This document shows positions 9,303-18,635 of a stretch of DNA of 36,101 nucleotides, one piece after another (position 1 is the stretch's first letter; each line of letters begins with the position of its first letter). Source of the stretch: a virus. The position numbers and the translations under genes were made by a program. Below the pieces are notes generated by a model. It had not been told where the DNA came from, made no database searches, and was given only the letters and a program-made list of their open reading frames with translations. The stretch spans positions 1-36,101 of the IMG/VR virus record IMGVR_UViG_3300029487_000028. The stretch is one strand, 5' to 3'.

Positions 9303-9862
9303 CAGGTTTCACCCAGCTTTCCCTTGATCCATGCGACGGCTGCCTCTGCGGTGTCGACGGTTTCAGTTTCGAGCAGCAGCTCGTCGGCGGAATCGTCCGC
9401 AAGGAATTCGCCGGTCGTGGTCGGCGTGTTGAACTGGATGTTCTCGCCCTTGGTCTGGTAGCTCAGCGAGGGCGGGCCGAACAGCACCTTCGGCACCCAC
9501 ACGCAGGTGTACTTGGTCACGCCGTCGATCTTATCCGGCGCGTAAAAGCCGACACCGACGTAATTCGCGATGTCCTTGGCCGAGAATTTCAGATTTTCCT
9601 TGCTGGTGTCGGACGTGCAGCCATAAAACATGGTTTGCGCGTTCTTTTTCAGGTATTTGACGGCCAGCGAGATCGTGCCGCCGGTGGCAAGCTTGATGTA
9701 CTCGGCAAGCTTGGATTCTGCGTACAGGCGGCCCTCGGCGAACTTGAGTTCCAGCTGCGCGCTCATGGCGTCGCCGACGTCGGTCGGCTCTGTGTAGGTC
9801 ACGGTGCCGGACGTGTTTTTATACTTTCCCGCCCGGATGCCGCGTAAGTCAAAACTAGGCAT
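9302..9862 (-). CDS. Major tail (tube) protein
   Basis: Start at MPSFDLRG, with a TAATG overlap with the upstream stop. 186 aa, in the canonical position upstream of the chaperones. Confidence 0.8.
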   Translation of the reverse strand: MPSFDLRGIRAGKYKNTSGTVTYTEPTDVGDAMSAQLELKFAEGRLYAESKLAEYIKLATGGTISLAVKYLKKNAQTMFYGCTSDTSKENLKFSAKDIANYVGVGFYAPDKIDGVTKYTCVWVPKVLFGPPSLSYQTKGENIQFNTPTTTGEFLADDSADELLLETETVDTAEAAVAWIKGKLGET

Positions 9863-10293
9863 TACAGTAAGCCCCTTTCTTTCAACTTTTGTGTGAGGAT
9901 TTTTTCGAGTTCCGCGTTCACGCGCTTCTGCGCGTTGCGGACACCCTTTGTCCAAAAATAAGTTCCTGTGATCTGCCCGTACTCCTTCGCACGGCCGTAA
10001 TTCAAAACGAAGAGCACGGTCGCTCTGCGCGTTCCGTGCTCGTTTTTGCCGACTGCCGTGATGGTGATATACGGATCTCCGTTTTTGTCCTGCTTGATGG
10101 TTTTGCGGTATTTCACGCTGGAGGCGTAGGCTTCCGTGCGGAACCCGCTCGCCCGGACGGCATTTTGCAGCTCCTCGACGATAATATCCCCGGCGGCGTA
10201 CAGGAGCTCCTTCTGCATGTCCTCATCAAAGACATTCGCTTTTTGGAGCGTGGCTATGAGCTTGTCGGCGCCGGTGATAGAGATGTTAGCCAT
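9862..10293 (-). CDS. HK97 gp10-family tail-completion / neck protein
   Basis: 143 aa. Its position and sequence style (…VLNYGRAK…) match the gp10 family. Confidence 0.7.
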   Translation of the reverse strand: MANISITGADKLIATLQKANVFDEDMQKELLYAAGDIIVEELQNAVRASGFRTEAYASSVKYRKTIKQDKNGDPYITITAVGKNEHGTRRATVLFVLNYGRAKEYGQITGTYFWTKGVRNAQKRVNAELEKILTQKLKERGLL

Positions 10294-10609
10294 ACTCCGC
10301 GCCCTCCGTTTCGGCGATGAGCGCGATCTGCGTGCGGCCTGTTTCCTTGTCGTAGGTTTCCATGTCGATGGTCGCGATGTAGCCTGCTGCCTCCAGCGCG
10401 GCTTTTACGCGCTTTAAAAGCCCGGCGGCAAAGCCCTCGGCAAAGATGGAAACGGCGTACTGCACGCCGGTCTCGGCCTCTCCGCCCTCGGCGTAGAGCT
10501 GCCCGGACTGGCCGAGCAGCTGATAGGTGATGTAGGTTTCCTCCGCGCCCTTATAGGGCGGGTGGCAGACCGGGACGCCCAGGCTTGATAGCGCCTCATA
10601 GATCATCAT
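10286..10609 (-). CDS. Head-tail joining protein (hypothetical)
   Basis: 107 aa, in the connector module. Confidence 0.5.
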   Translation of the reverse strand: MMIYEALSSLGVPVCHPPYKGAEETYITYQLLGQSGQLYAEGGEAETGVQYAVSIFAEGFAAGLLKRVKAALEAAGYIATIDMETYDKETGRTQIALIAETEGAEYG

Positions 10610-10908
10610 GCGCCGTCCCTCCGTTTGCAGGTCAGCTCGATTTCCTCTGTTTCCTGCCCGTAGCTGCGGACGATGTCAAACACGTCGGAGCCGCAGACGA
10701 GCTGCTGCTCGCCGCCGTATTCCGCGCTGTGCATGCGGAAAATTGCGTCCGTGCGCTTGCCGGCTTGCGCGGCCTGATAATACTCTGCGCGGTTTACGGA
10801 CTTGCGGGCAGCCCAGACGGTGGTCTCCCGCTCGAGCTTTTCCGCCGTCTGGCCGTTTACGATAGGGTAGGAGAGCAGGCGCAGCGTGATTTGCGTATCA
10901 AAGATCAC
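10606..10908 (-). CDS. Head closure / head-tail adaptor protein
   Basis: GTG at 10908 lies 8 nt after GGAGG, giving 100 aa. The longer ORF-track start would overlap the upstream gene by 130 nt. Confidence 0.6.
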   Translation of the reverse strand: MIFDTQITLRLLSYPIVNGQTAEKLERETTVWAARKSVNRAEYYQAAQAGKRTDAIFRMHSAEYGGEQQLVCGSDVFDIVRSYGQETEEIELTCKRRDGA

Positions 10909-11203
10909 AGCACGCGCCTCCTGTTCCGCCGCTGGCCGGGACTTCCCGGTAATCGTCCGAGAGTCCCATGGCGTCGCGGATATCTGCAAAGCAGGTCTTC
11001 CATTCCTCTCCGCGTCCGCAGAAATCATGCTGCCAGCGGACGTAGGCGCGGACGGCGTCCTTTACCAGCGGATCTTCGTCCGCTCCCTCTGCGCCCGCAA
11101 GGTGCAGGCGCATGAGGCAGGCGTCGATCTCGTCTTTGAGCTCGTCGTCAAGGGCGTTTGTGGTCAGCCGCAGGGCGGTTTTTGCAACGTTGATCAAAGC
11201 CAT
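10898..11203 (-). CDS. gp6-like head-tail connector protein
   Basis: 101 aa, the first gene after the capsid. Helical sequence typical of the Phage_connect_1 family. Confidence 0.65.
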   Translation of the reverse strand: MALINVAKTALRLTTNALDDELKDEIDACLMRLHLAGAEGADEDPLVKDAVRAYVRWQHDFCGRGEEWKTCFADIRDAMGLSDDYREVPASGGTGGACCDL

Positions 11204-11233
11204 TGGTTATCCCTCCCTGTTGGCCGCGCGCCG

Positions 11234-12442
11234 TCAGGCTTTCTTCTTGGTCAGCGTGACGAGGCTGTTGACATCGGCGCACGCGCCGTCGGCGATCTCG
11301 ATTGCCTTTGTGACCTCGTCGTCGGTGTCCTCGTCGGTGTAGCGCTTTACCGTCATGCCCATGTTCTCGTTCCAGAGGTAGTACGCCGGATCGAACATAA
11401 AGGCGAAGACGGTGTCGGCCGTGACCGACGCCGCAAAGGCCGGCAGGTAGTCGCCGGTCAGGATGACCTCGCGGCCGAGGATGTAGTTGACGGGCTTGCC
11501 GTTGATGCCGTAGTTGACGCGCGCGACGGGCTGGCCGTTGTTGTCTACCATGCCGACGATCTGCGTCTCGAAGGTCTTCTTGGACATGAACCAGACCGCG
11601 CCGTCATACGCCTGCGGCAGTGCAGCTTCGGCCTTGCACAGATCCTTGTAGGTCAGGGCGGTCGTCGCGGCGGCGATGTCGATGTTCTGGCCAGTCGGTG
11701 CGGTCTCCGCGAGAATGCCCTTCGGCTGGCCGGAACCGCTACCGTTGATGATGGCCTGTTCCTTCGCCTTTACCATCGCATTTGCGACGTTCCGAACAAA
11801 CTGTGCCTCGAACATCGGGTATGCCATGATGGAAACTTCCAGCGACATGGAGATCGCGCAGCGCAGCTTGTGGTACGCAAAGACGATCTTGCCGGTCGAA
11901 GTCTTCTGCTTGTCAGAGCCCTCGCCCTCGGCGACCCAGGAGGCCGTCGGCTTGGCCGAGCTGGTCGGGACCTGGACGCCGCCCGCGTAGGACGTGTGCG
12001 TCACGCGCGGCAGGATCATGCCGATGGCTTCCATCTTCTCGTAGATCTTCTGGATGGTCGTGGTCGGGATGACGCTGCCGACGTCGGAGGTCTTGGTGTT
12101 TGCGTCCACATTGGTCAGCTCCGCTGGGATCTTCTTGCCGGCCAGGACGTAGTTCATAAATGCTTTCTTGTACTCGTCGGTGTCGTACCGGTCGAGCACG
12201 TCCGGAGCCTTTGCCGTGCCGGACAGGTCGACGGACTGTGCCGCCGCAGCCGGGGCCGCGACCTTCTGGCCCGCAAGCGCGTTGAGGTTCGCCTGGATCT
12301 TGGCTTCCTCCTCAAACTTGGCGTCGAGGGCTTCGACTTCCTTCATCTTGGCCTGCGCCTCTGCGGTCTTGCTTTCGTCCAGCAGCTTCTGGGCGTCGTC
12401 CATGAGCTTCTGGCGCTGGATGTTGTAAATTTCCTTCGTCAT
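11234..12442 (-). CDS. Major capsid protein, HK97 family
   Basis: 402 aa with an N-terminal coiled-coil delta domain, following the protease. Confidence 0.9.
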   Translation of the reverse strand: MTKEIYNIQRQKLMDDAQKLLDESKTAEAQAKMKEVEALDAKFEEEAKIQANLNALAGQKVAAPAAAAQSVDLSGTAKAPDVLDRYDTDEYKKAFMNYVLAGKKIPAELTNVDANTKTSDVGSVIPTTTIQKIYEKMEAIGMILPRVTHTSYAGGVQVPTSSAKPTASWVAEGEGSDKQKTSTGKIVFAYHKLRCAISMSLEVSIMAYPMFEAQFVRNVANAMVKAKEQAIINGSGSGQPKGILAETAPTGQNIDIAAATTALTYKDLCKAEAALPQAYDGAVWFMSKKTFETQIVGMVDNNGQPVARVNYGINGKPVNYILGREVILTGDYLPAFAASVTADTVFAFMFDPAYYLWNENMGMTVKRYTDEDTDDEVTKAIEIADGACADVNSLVTLTKKKA

Positions 12443-13134
12443 TTCAGTTCTCCTTTGAGTTTTAAAAATTTCAGTTTTGCTTCTGCCTGCGCCCGTTCGG
12501 GCATAAAAAAATCAGGCTCTGCGGCCTGACCTTTTAAAAAGTTTTCCGCGCGTTTAAGCGCGTCCTCGCTGAGCATCCCGGAGTAGAAGTCCGCCGCGAG
12601 CGGCTTCTGGCCGGTATCCAGCTGCATCACGCGGTCTACGAGTCCGAGTTCTACGGCCCGTTCCGCTGTGATCCATGTTTCGGCGTCCATCATGGCGGCG
12701 ATTTCCGCCTCCGGCCTGCCGGTTTTTGCGATGTATGCCGAGATAATGGCGTGGTTGGCGTCGCGCAGCGTCCCGGCGGTGTGCTCCATCTGGCGGTAAT
12801 CGCCGCTGGCCTCTGTTTGGACGTTGTGAATCATCATCATGCCGGTTGGCGTCATCTCCGACTCGCCCGCCATAGCGATGATGGACGCGGCCGAGGCTGT
12901 GAGACCTACAATGCGGATGTGGACGCCGCCGGCGTAGCTGCGCAGGGCGGTGTAGATTTCGCTCGCGGCGAAGATCTCGCCGCCGCCGGAATTGATCTCG
13001 ACTTCGGCCCGCTCGCCGTTTCCCTTGGCAAGCGCTTCCGCTACGGATCTCGGGCTCGTTGCCTCCATTCCGTAAAACTGATAGAGACGGTGCTGATTGC
13101 TGGATACGATTGGCCCGCGAATGCTGATCTTCAT
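12439..13134 (-). CDS. ClpP-like (S14) head maturation protease
   Basis: INSGGGEIFAASEIY ... GLTASAASIIAMAG ... MMMIHN motifs. Confidence 0.9.
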   Translation of the reverse strand: MKISIRGPIVSSNQHRLYQFYGMEATSPRSVAEALAKGNGERAEVEINSGGGEIFAASEIYTALRSYAGGVHIRIVGLTASAASIIAMAGESEMTPTGMMMIHNVQTEASGDYRQMEHTAGTLRDANHAIISAYIAKTGRPEAEIAAMMDAETWITAERAVELGLVDRVMQLDTGQKPLAADFYSGMLSEDALKRAENFLKGQAAEPDFFMPERAQAEAKLKFLKLKGELK

Positions 13135-14324
13135 GTGGTTTCATCTCCTTTCTGCGTGGTGTTCCGGTCGACCGGCTGCGTGTCCAGCCTGCGGATCGGC
13201 TTGTCTCCGCCGTCTACCGGTGCAAGGTTGAACGCACGCCGCCATTCATTCGGCGTCAGCGCGCCTCGGTCGACCAGCTGCAAGAGATTCAGCTTTGTCG
13301 AGGTCGACGCGAAATCCCACGCGGACGCTTCGAAGACGATGCGGTTCCCGCAGCCGCGCTCGCGCCGGGAGAATAGCTTGCGGGTGTACTCGCCGCTGAG
13401 CTGCTTCAGCACCGGCTCGATCTCGGCATCAAAATACGCGCTCTGTTCGTCCTCCGTCGCGATGGACGTTACGATATGCGGGTTGGTGTTAAACAGGGCA
13501 TAAATGCGCTGCGTGGTTTTGTCCATCTGGGCGGCGTTCGGGACGTAATCCTTTGGGTCAATCTGCTTCGCCTCTGCCTTTGCGTCTACGGCCGCGACGC
13601 CCGTGCCGTTGGAAACATTGAGGAAGCTGTCGGCAAAGTCCTGCGCGCGCTTCTTGATATCCTCCGCGCGCATGGAGGCTGCGAACATCAAAAGCCAGCG
13701 GATGACGGCGCTATTCCGGATTGCCTTGACGATGCCCTGATCCGTCGTGGTGACGATCTCCATCAGTGGCACGATGGCCGGAGCAATGGGGTCGCCGAAG
13801 ATGTCGTTTTCGTAAAAATCCCCGCGCAGGTGGATCACATCGTCGTAGGCAAACGTCAGTACGCTGCCGTTCTGCATGTAAAATTTCAGATACAAATTTC
13901 CGCCCGCGTCATAGACAGCGTCTGCCTGCATGGCCGCGACCGGGAAAATGGCGTTCGGCAGGCCGTTTTCATCCCGCAGGATCACAGCGAAGGCGTTGTT
14001 GTTGAGGACCAGCTGTGCGGCCAGCTTTTCCTGCAGCATCTGGCCTGTCATGTACTGGTTCGGTTCCTCGAGCAGGAACCGGATATACGGCTCCGGATTT
14101 ACGGCGAGCTTCCGCGCCGATGCCGTGACCGTTTCCCGGATGTGCTTTGCCGTCAGCTTGCCGATGGCCTTGATCTTCGGCCGGATGCAGGCGCGGACGA
14201 TGTCGGACTGATACATTTTGCCGTTGTAGCTGTAAAAGCCATTCCCGCGCTCCTGCACCATCTGGACGGTCGAGACGCGTTTGGTGGTCGTGATATTCGT
14301 CAGGAGGTTTTTAAAAAATCCCAT
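13131..14324 (-). CDS. Portal protein (HK97 type)
   Basis: Start at MGFFKNLL with AGGAG SD, 397 aa. The ORF-track N-terminal extension overlaps terL. Confidence 0.85.
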   Translation of the reverse strand: MGFFKNLLTNITTTKRVSTVQMVQERGNGFYSYNGKMYQSDIVRACIRPKIKAIGKLTAKHIRETVTASARKLAVNPEPYIRFLLEEPNQYMTGQMLQEKLAAQLVLNNNAFAVILRDENGLPNAIFPVAAMQADAVYDAGGNLYLKFYMQNGSVLTFAYDDVIHLRGDFYENDIFGDPIAPAIVPLMEIVTTTDQGIVKAIRNSAVIRWLLMFAASMRAEDIKKRAQDFADSFLNVSNGTGVAAVDAKAEAKQIDPKDYVPNAAQMDKTTQRIYALFNTNPHIVTSIATEDEQSAYFDAEIEPVLKQLSGEYTRKLFSRRERGCGNRIVFEASAWDFASTSTKLNLLQLVDRGALTPNEWRRAFNLAPVDGGDKPIRRLDTQPVDRNTTQKGDETT

Positions 14325-14334
14325 TGTCTCACTC

Positions 14335-16092
14335 CTAGAGCATACTGGTGTATTCTGCCTGCTTCTGATCGTAGATCGTGTAGGCATCGAGCAGGGCAGC
14401 CGTTCCGTCAATGCGGCGCGTGGACTTGCTCGTTTTGTGCGGCTGGATATTGCCGTTTTTGTCTTCGTCGTAGGCGGTGTTTGCCATGCACCACTTATCA
14501 ATCGGGTTGTTGTTGTAGACGATCCGCTTGGACTCCAGATCGTTCCCGCAGCGCTTCATCGGCTCGGACAATGTTTTCACGCCCTGATGCACTGGGATCA
14601 TGGCCTCTGCTCCAAAGTATTCCGCCATGCTGTCCGTCCAGTAAGACGCCGACCACGCATCATAGCCGATAAAGGGTATAAAAATATCGAGGTCTTCCTG
14701 TACCTCGATGAACCATGCCTTGACGTCCTCATAGCGGATCTTGTTTCCCTCTGACAATCTGAGCAGCCCGCGCTCGTGCCACTTGTCGTATGGGATCTTA
14801 TCTTCCGTGACGCGCTTTTCCAAAAGATCCTGCGGCAGCCAGTACATCTGCAGCACAAACAGGATCTCCGGCAGCTCCGGCACTTGGAACAGCACCTTTG
14901 CCGCCGTCAGGTCGGTGGTCTTGGATAGATCCGCGCCGCCGATGCCGTATCGCGGGTAGGAAAGCACGCGCTCCTGCGTCTTGCCGTCCGGCATGTGGTG
15001 CTGCCAGATCAGGCGGCGGTTTTCCTTGTCGAGTTGGAAGGTGTCGCGGTTATCCAGCTGCTCAAAATTGAGCCATGCTTCGGAGGACGTTTCGCGGATG
15101 TTGAAATCCTTGCAGACGAGGTTTCGGACGAGGGCCGGGTTTTTCTCCGCCCGCTCGACCCGCTCTTTGAGGGCCGTGTAGGACTTGATCGTCCCGAGGC
15201 CCGGGTTGGCCTTTTTCCAGCAGTCCGGGTCGGTCCATTCGCTGCGCTTGTCGAGCTCGTAAATAAACGCGATCCGGCGCGGGTCGTGGTACCCGTCCGG
15301 ATCCTCATAGCCGTTTATGATGCGCTCGGCCTCTTCGTATTTTTCGTCGTAGATGTCTTCTCGAATGGTGCCGGCGGTGGAGGTGATAAATCGCAGCGGC
15401 TGCGCGCGGGCCTGATCGCCGTCGGCAATGATGTCGTACAACGGTCTGCCATTTTTCCACTGATGGACCTCGTCCATCATCGCGCCGTGGATGTTGAGGC
15501 CGTCGAGCGTGTCGCTGTCCGAGGATAGCGGCTTGAATACGCCGTCGTTATAATCGCTGTACACCGCGCCGACCAGACAGCGCGTCCGTTTTCGCAGCGC
15601 CGGTGACTTCTGCACCATGCGCTTTGCTTCCTGCCAGATGATCTTCGCCTGGTCTCGCTTGGTGGCCACGGCGTAAACCTCTGGGCCAGCCTCGCCGTCC
15701 GCAAGCTGAAGATACAGGCCGACGCCGGATGCCAGCAGCGATTTGCCGTTTTTCTTGCCGACGATGAGGATGGCCTCGCGGTACTGGCGGTTTCCCTCGA
15801 TGTCGATAAACCCGAAGACAGTCGCTAGCAGCGCTTTTTCCCATAGCTCCAGCCGGACGAGTTGTCCGCCCGCCTTGCCCTTGGAGTGGTGGCAGTAGTT
15901 CTCAAAAAACTCGAGGACGTGGTTGGCGCGGCGCGGCGAGTAGTAAAACTCGGAATCTGTGTTTTCCAGCTGCTCCACCACGTGCCGATAGGTCTTCTGT
16001 ACTTTCAGGCTGACAGTCTCGCGGCCCGACTGGATCGCGTCCCAATACTCGAGGATGGGGTTGTAGGTCGCCGGGTATCGCGTGAGTTTCAT
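14335..16092 (-). CDS. terL: Terminase large subunit
   Basis: 585 aa with a Walker A-like VGKKNGKS and a C-terminal nuclease region. Confidence 0.9.
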   Translation of the reverse strand: MKLTRYPATYNPILEYWDAIQSGRETVSLKVQKTYRHVVEQLENTDSEFYYSPRRANHVLEFFENYCHHSKGKAGGQLVRLELWEKALLATVFGFIDIEGNRQYREAILIVGKKNGKSLLASGVGLYLQLADGEAGPEVYAVATKRDQAKIIWQEAKRMVQKSPALRKRTRCLVGAVYSDYNDGVFKPLSSDSDTLDGLNIHGAMMDEVHQWKNGRPLYDIIADGDQARAQPLRFITSTAGTIREDIYDEKYEEAERIINGYEDPDGYHDPRRIAFIYELDKRSEWTDPDCWKKANPGLGTIKSYTALKERVERAEKNPALVRNLVCKDFNIRETSSEAWLNFEQLDNRDTFQLDKENRRLIWQHHMPDGKTQERVLSYPRYGIGGADLSKTTDLTAAKVLFQVPELPEILFVLQMYWLPQDLLEKRVTEDKIPYDKWHERGLLRLSEGNKIRYEDVKAWFIEVQEDLDIFIPFIGYDAWSASYWTDSMAEYFGAEAMIPVHQGVKTLSEPMKRCGNDLESKRIVYNNNPIDKWCMANTAYDEDKNGNIQPHKTSKSTRRIDGTAALLDAYTIYDQKQAEYTSML

Positions 16093-16469
16093 TCCTCGTC
16101 ACGCTCCCGGACAAAGCTTGCAAAGCCGTCGTCCTCCTGCTTCTGCGCGGTGTCCGGCTTCGGCAGGAGCGCCGTGAGCTGCTTGATGATCTTCTGGTAG
16201 TTCGCGTTTGTCGAGTTGTATGCCTGCCCGATGGGCCGGGCGCGGTCATATGGCTCGAGCCGCTCCGACTGCTGGAATTTCTCCGTCCAGCCGTTTTCCC
16301 GCAGGTCGTCCGCCATGTCCTCGCACTCGATGCGCATAAAGGCTGCCTGATCGATGAGTCCCGCGACAGTCCCGGCCGCTTCCTTCGGCAGAAGCTTGTA
16401 GATCCTCCGGAGTCTGGTCTTCTCGGCGCGGATACGCTGTTCCTTTGTCTTTTCCTGCCTGTTCGCCAC
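16089..16469 (-). CDS. terS: Terminase small subunit (P27-like)
   Basis: GTG at 16469 lies 8 nt after AAGGAGG, giving 126 aa. ATGA-type overlap with terL. Confidence 0.7.
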   Translation of the reverse strand: MANRQEKTKEQRIRAEKTRLRRIYKLLPKEAAGTVAGLIDQAAFMRIECEDMADDLRENGWTEKFQQSERLEPYDRARPIGQAYNSTNANYQKIIKQLTALLPKPDTAQKQEDDGFASFVRERDEE

Positions 16470-16600
16470 AAAAACCGCCTCCTTTTCGCGTGATTTTTGC
16501 CGTCTGTCCGCGCGTGCGCGTAGATTACTTATCACCGCGCTTTTGTAGGGGGGCCTCGCGAACGGCCTGCGTATTCTTCCGAGGTAGGGCGTGCGGTGAT
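16470..16600. other. Non-coding gap between HNH and terS, candidate cos/packaging region
   Basis: 131 nt with an 8-bp inverted repeat (atcaccgc at 16531-16538, gcggtgat at 16593-16600) and a G6 run. The position is typical for cos in HNH-dependent HK97-like phages. Confidence 0.3.
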
Positions 16601-16933
16601 TCAGCCGGCGCCCCGGCCTCGCGCGACGGGGGGGATCGGGTCTCCGGCGGCATCGAAGAAAATTTTTTGCGTCAGAGATTTTGCGACGCCGTGCCCGTCA
16701 AACTGATCGTGGCAGTCCTTGCAGACGAACTCGAGGTTGGAGTAGGACAGGCTGACGTCCGGGTCGGTGATGTTGTCCGGCGTGAGCGCCCGCTTGTGGT
16801 GGACGATGTAGCCCGGTTTGTCCCGGCACTCCTCGCAGAGCCCGCCGTCGATGGTCCGGCGGAACTTGATATACCCGGCGCGGCATTTCTTCCAGCGCGC
16901 GGATGCGTAAAAGCGCGCGGCCCATGGCTGCAT
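16601..16933 (-). CDS. HNH endonuclease (packaging-associated)
   Basis: CEEC ... IVHHK ... NLEFVCKDCH motifs, 110 aa. Confidence 0.85.
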   Translation of the reverse strand: MQPWAARFYASARWKKCRAGYIKFRRTIDGGLCEECRDKPGYIVHHKRALTPDNITDPDVSLSYSNLEFVCKDCHDQFDGHGVAKSLTQKIFFDAAGDPIPPVARGRGAG

Positions 16934-16991
16934 CCTGTTCCCTCCAATTCTTCACGCTATCACTGTAGCACAGATTTTAGGCTCTGTTAGC

Positions 16992-17402
16992 TCAACTTTT
17001 GCGGTAGCCCATTGCCCGCGCTGCCTCGTAGACAAAGCGGCTGTACATCCGCTTGGCCGTGGATGTGCTCACGTGCACCTGTCTGGCAGCGGACTCCAGA
17101 CTCTCGCGCGGCCAGATCCATGTATGCAGGCGCACGATCTCCAGCACATCGCCGCCATCCCGCCAGGTCTGCACGGTGTTGATGGCGGACTGGATCGCTG
17201 TGTAGTCCTCGTACTCCCGTGAGGACAGGACGCGCACCGCAATGTCCTCGACGGCGCGGCCGGAGGATTGCCCGCCTGGCTGTGCAGAATAGCCCGGCGT
17301 GATCTTCTGTCGGCTCATATCCCGAACCTGTCGGCTCAGTTTCGGGTATTCGCCGATGGTGCGGCAGACATTCCCGTACCACCAGTATCTCGGCTTTGAC
17401 AC
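16992..17402 (-). CDS. RinA/ArpU-like late transcriptional activator (sigma region-4-like HTH)
   Basis: 136 aa with a C-terminal HTH (ESAARQVHVSTSTAKRMYSRF). It sits immediately upstream of the packaging genes. Confidence 0.6.
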   Translation of the reverse strand: MSKPRYWWYGNVCRTIGEYPKLSRQVRDMSRQKITPGYSAQPGGQSSGRAVEDIAVRVLSSREYEDYTAIQSAINTVQTWRDGGDVLEIVRLHTWIWPRESLESAARQVHVSTSTAKRMYSRFVYEAARAMGYRKS

Positions 17403-17452
17403 TTTCCCACTTCCTTCCTGCTTCGTTCTAAAACCTTACGCATATACAAGGC

Positions 17453-18220
17453 TTAATTTAAGCGACTCCCGTTCCGCTTGTGCTCTTTTGGATCAACTAC
17501 ATATTTATAGTATTGATACCCGTACTTTGTCGTCCGGGCTTCGACGAGGATATAGCCTCGCGGGGCGACGGGCGGATGCTTGGGGCTGTACTCGCGCACG
17601 GCCTCGGTCGCAGGTTCCGGCTCCGGCCGGACGCAGTTGCGGCTGGCCTTGTACCGGTGTCCGCCGAACTCTTTTCTCCAATGCGCGTGCAGGTAGTCGG
17701 CCAGCGCCTTATAATCCCGGCCGTGGTCGACTTTGTTTCCATTTTCGGCCATGTAATAATTGTGTTCCCGTAAATGTCGAGCCTCGATCACGCTGCCGAG
17801 GCCCCAGATCCTGCCGATCTCCTCCTCCGGAATGCCGTCCGAGATCATGTGCAAATGGAAACGGCTCGTCGACTTGCCCTGCCCGTAGACAATCACGATC
17901 TTGGCGTTTGGGTATTTATATAGTAGGCGGCGATAGAATCTGTTCCGAATCTGCCGCATTTCGGCAGCAGTATGTACCTCGTTCTCGGCGTCGAGCGTCA
18001 GCGTGGAATACAGGCTGGTCGGGCCGAAGTTGGCATTGACGAGCGCTTCCAGCTTCCCCTCGGAGATTTTCCGGTTGAATTCGTCCTGCTCTTCCCGCGT
18101 CTGGAACCGCGGCTTTCGCGGCTTGCTGGTCTTTTTGTCCGCGCCATCGGACACGGTATAAACGATCTGCGTACATACCGCCCCGGTAAACAGGCGGCGC
18201 TTGTGCCTCTTTGCCATCAT
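17453..18220 (-). CDS. HUH-superfamily rolling-circle replication initiator-like protein
   Basis: Motif I is YSTLTLD (about aa 73-79), motif II is RFHLHMI (HUH, about aa 122-128) and the Tyr motif is DYKALADYLHAHWRK (about aa 171-185). ATG at 18220 follows an AAGAGG SD. Confidence 0.55.
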   Translation of the reverse strand: MMAKRHKRRLFTGAVCTQIVYTVSDGADKKTSKPRKPRFQTREEQDEFNRKISEGKLEALVNANFGPTSLYSTLTLDAENEVHTAAEMRQIRNRFYRRLLYKYPNAKIVIVYGQGKSTSRFHLHMISDGIPEEEIGRIWGLGSVIEARHLREHNYYMAENGNKVDHGRDYKALADYLHAHWRKEFGGHRYKASRNCVRPEPEPATEAVREYSPKHPPVAPRGYILVEARTTKYGYQYYKYVVDPKEHKRNGSRLN

Positions 18221-18310
18221 CCACACCTCTTTCTCCCGGGCGGACAGAGCCGTCCGCCCCTACAGGTCTTCTGCCCGCTCAAAGCGTGGCCGGAGATTCC
18301 GGCCATGCGT

Positions 18311-18445
18311 TCAGCGGATAGCGTCTTCCAATTTCTTTATCGCCGCGTCAAGCCTGCGCTTCTTGTCGCGCAGCTCGAAAAACACCAGCACGCCCAGCGC
18401 GATCCACTCCAGCGCAGCAGCAAGCTCCAAAATCTCAATGATCAT
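18311..18445 (-). CDS. Small membrane protein (44 aa)
   Basis: MIIEILELAAALEWIALGVLVFFELRDKKRR.... AAGGAG SD, start overlaps the upstream stop, one TM segment. Confidence 0.4.
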   Translation of the reverse strand: MIIEILELAAALEWIALGVLVFFELRDKKRRLDAAIKKLEDAIR

Positions 18446-18635
18446 TTTCTTCTCCTTCCACTCCTTCCAATTCTCCTTCGCAGTATGTGCAGCGGCTCGG
18501 CAGGCTCTTTTTCAAACCGCCTTTTTTCCAGAGCTCGATGCACGGTTTCTCCGGTCTGCCGCAGTATGGGCAGCGGTAGACACGGAAGATATCATCCCAG
18601 CGCCAGACCATGCGGACTGCGTTTTTCTCCTTCAA
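18435..18635 (-). CDS. Small zinc-ribbon protein
   Basis: 66 aa with CPYCG ... CTYCE. TTG start 9 nt after GGAGG. Confidence 0.5.
   Translation of the reverse strand: MKEKNAVRMVWRWDDIFRVYRCPYCGRPEKPCIELWKKGGLKKSLPSRCTYCEGELEGVEGEENDH

Noticed and set aside
10886-12529. Very long plus-strand ORFs antisense to structural genes: 10886-12529 (547 aa), 3821-4846, 5019-6158, 13476-14672, 6861-7397 and 21325-22158.
   Set aside because: They are Arg/Gly/Ala/Val-rich low-complexity shadows of real minus-strand genes in GC-rich DNA. They lack SD sequences and overlap confidently identified capsid, portal and tail genes.
13131-14501. ORF-track N-terminal extensions of portal (to 14501), tube protein (to 9955), adaptor (to 11028), terS (to 16535) and several early ORFs.
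   Set aside because: The extensions are Arg/Pro/Ser-rich, overlap the preceding gene by 60-180 nt and lack SD sequences. Internal starts with GGAGG-type SDs or ATGA/TAATG coupling are available.
17491-17530. AT-rich patch with TTGATAC resembling the CTTGATA nick site of pC194-type rolling-circle plasmids.
   Set aside because: It lies inside the Rep-like coding sequence, where the AT richness is explained by a Tyr/Lys-rich peptide (KYGYQYYKYVVDP). The match to the nick consensus is partial.
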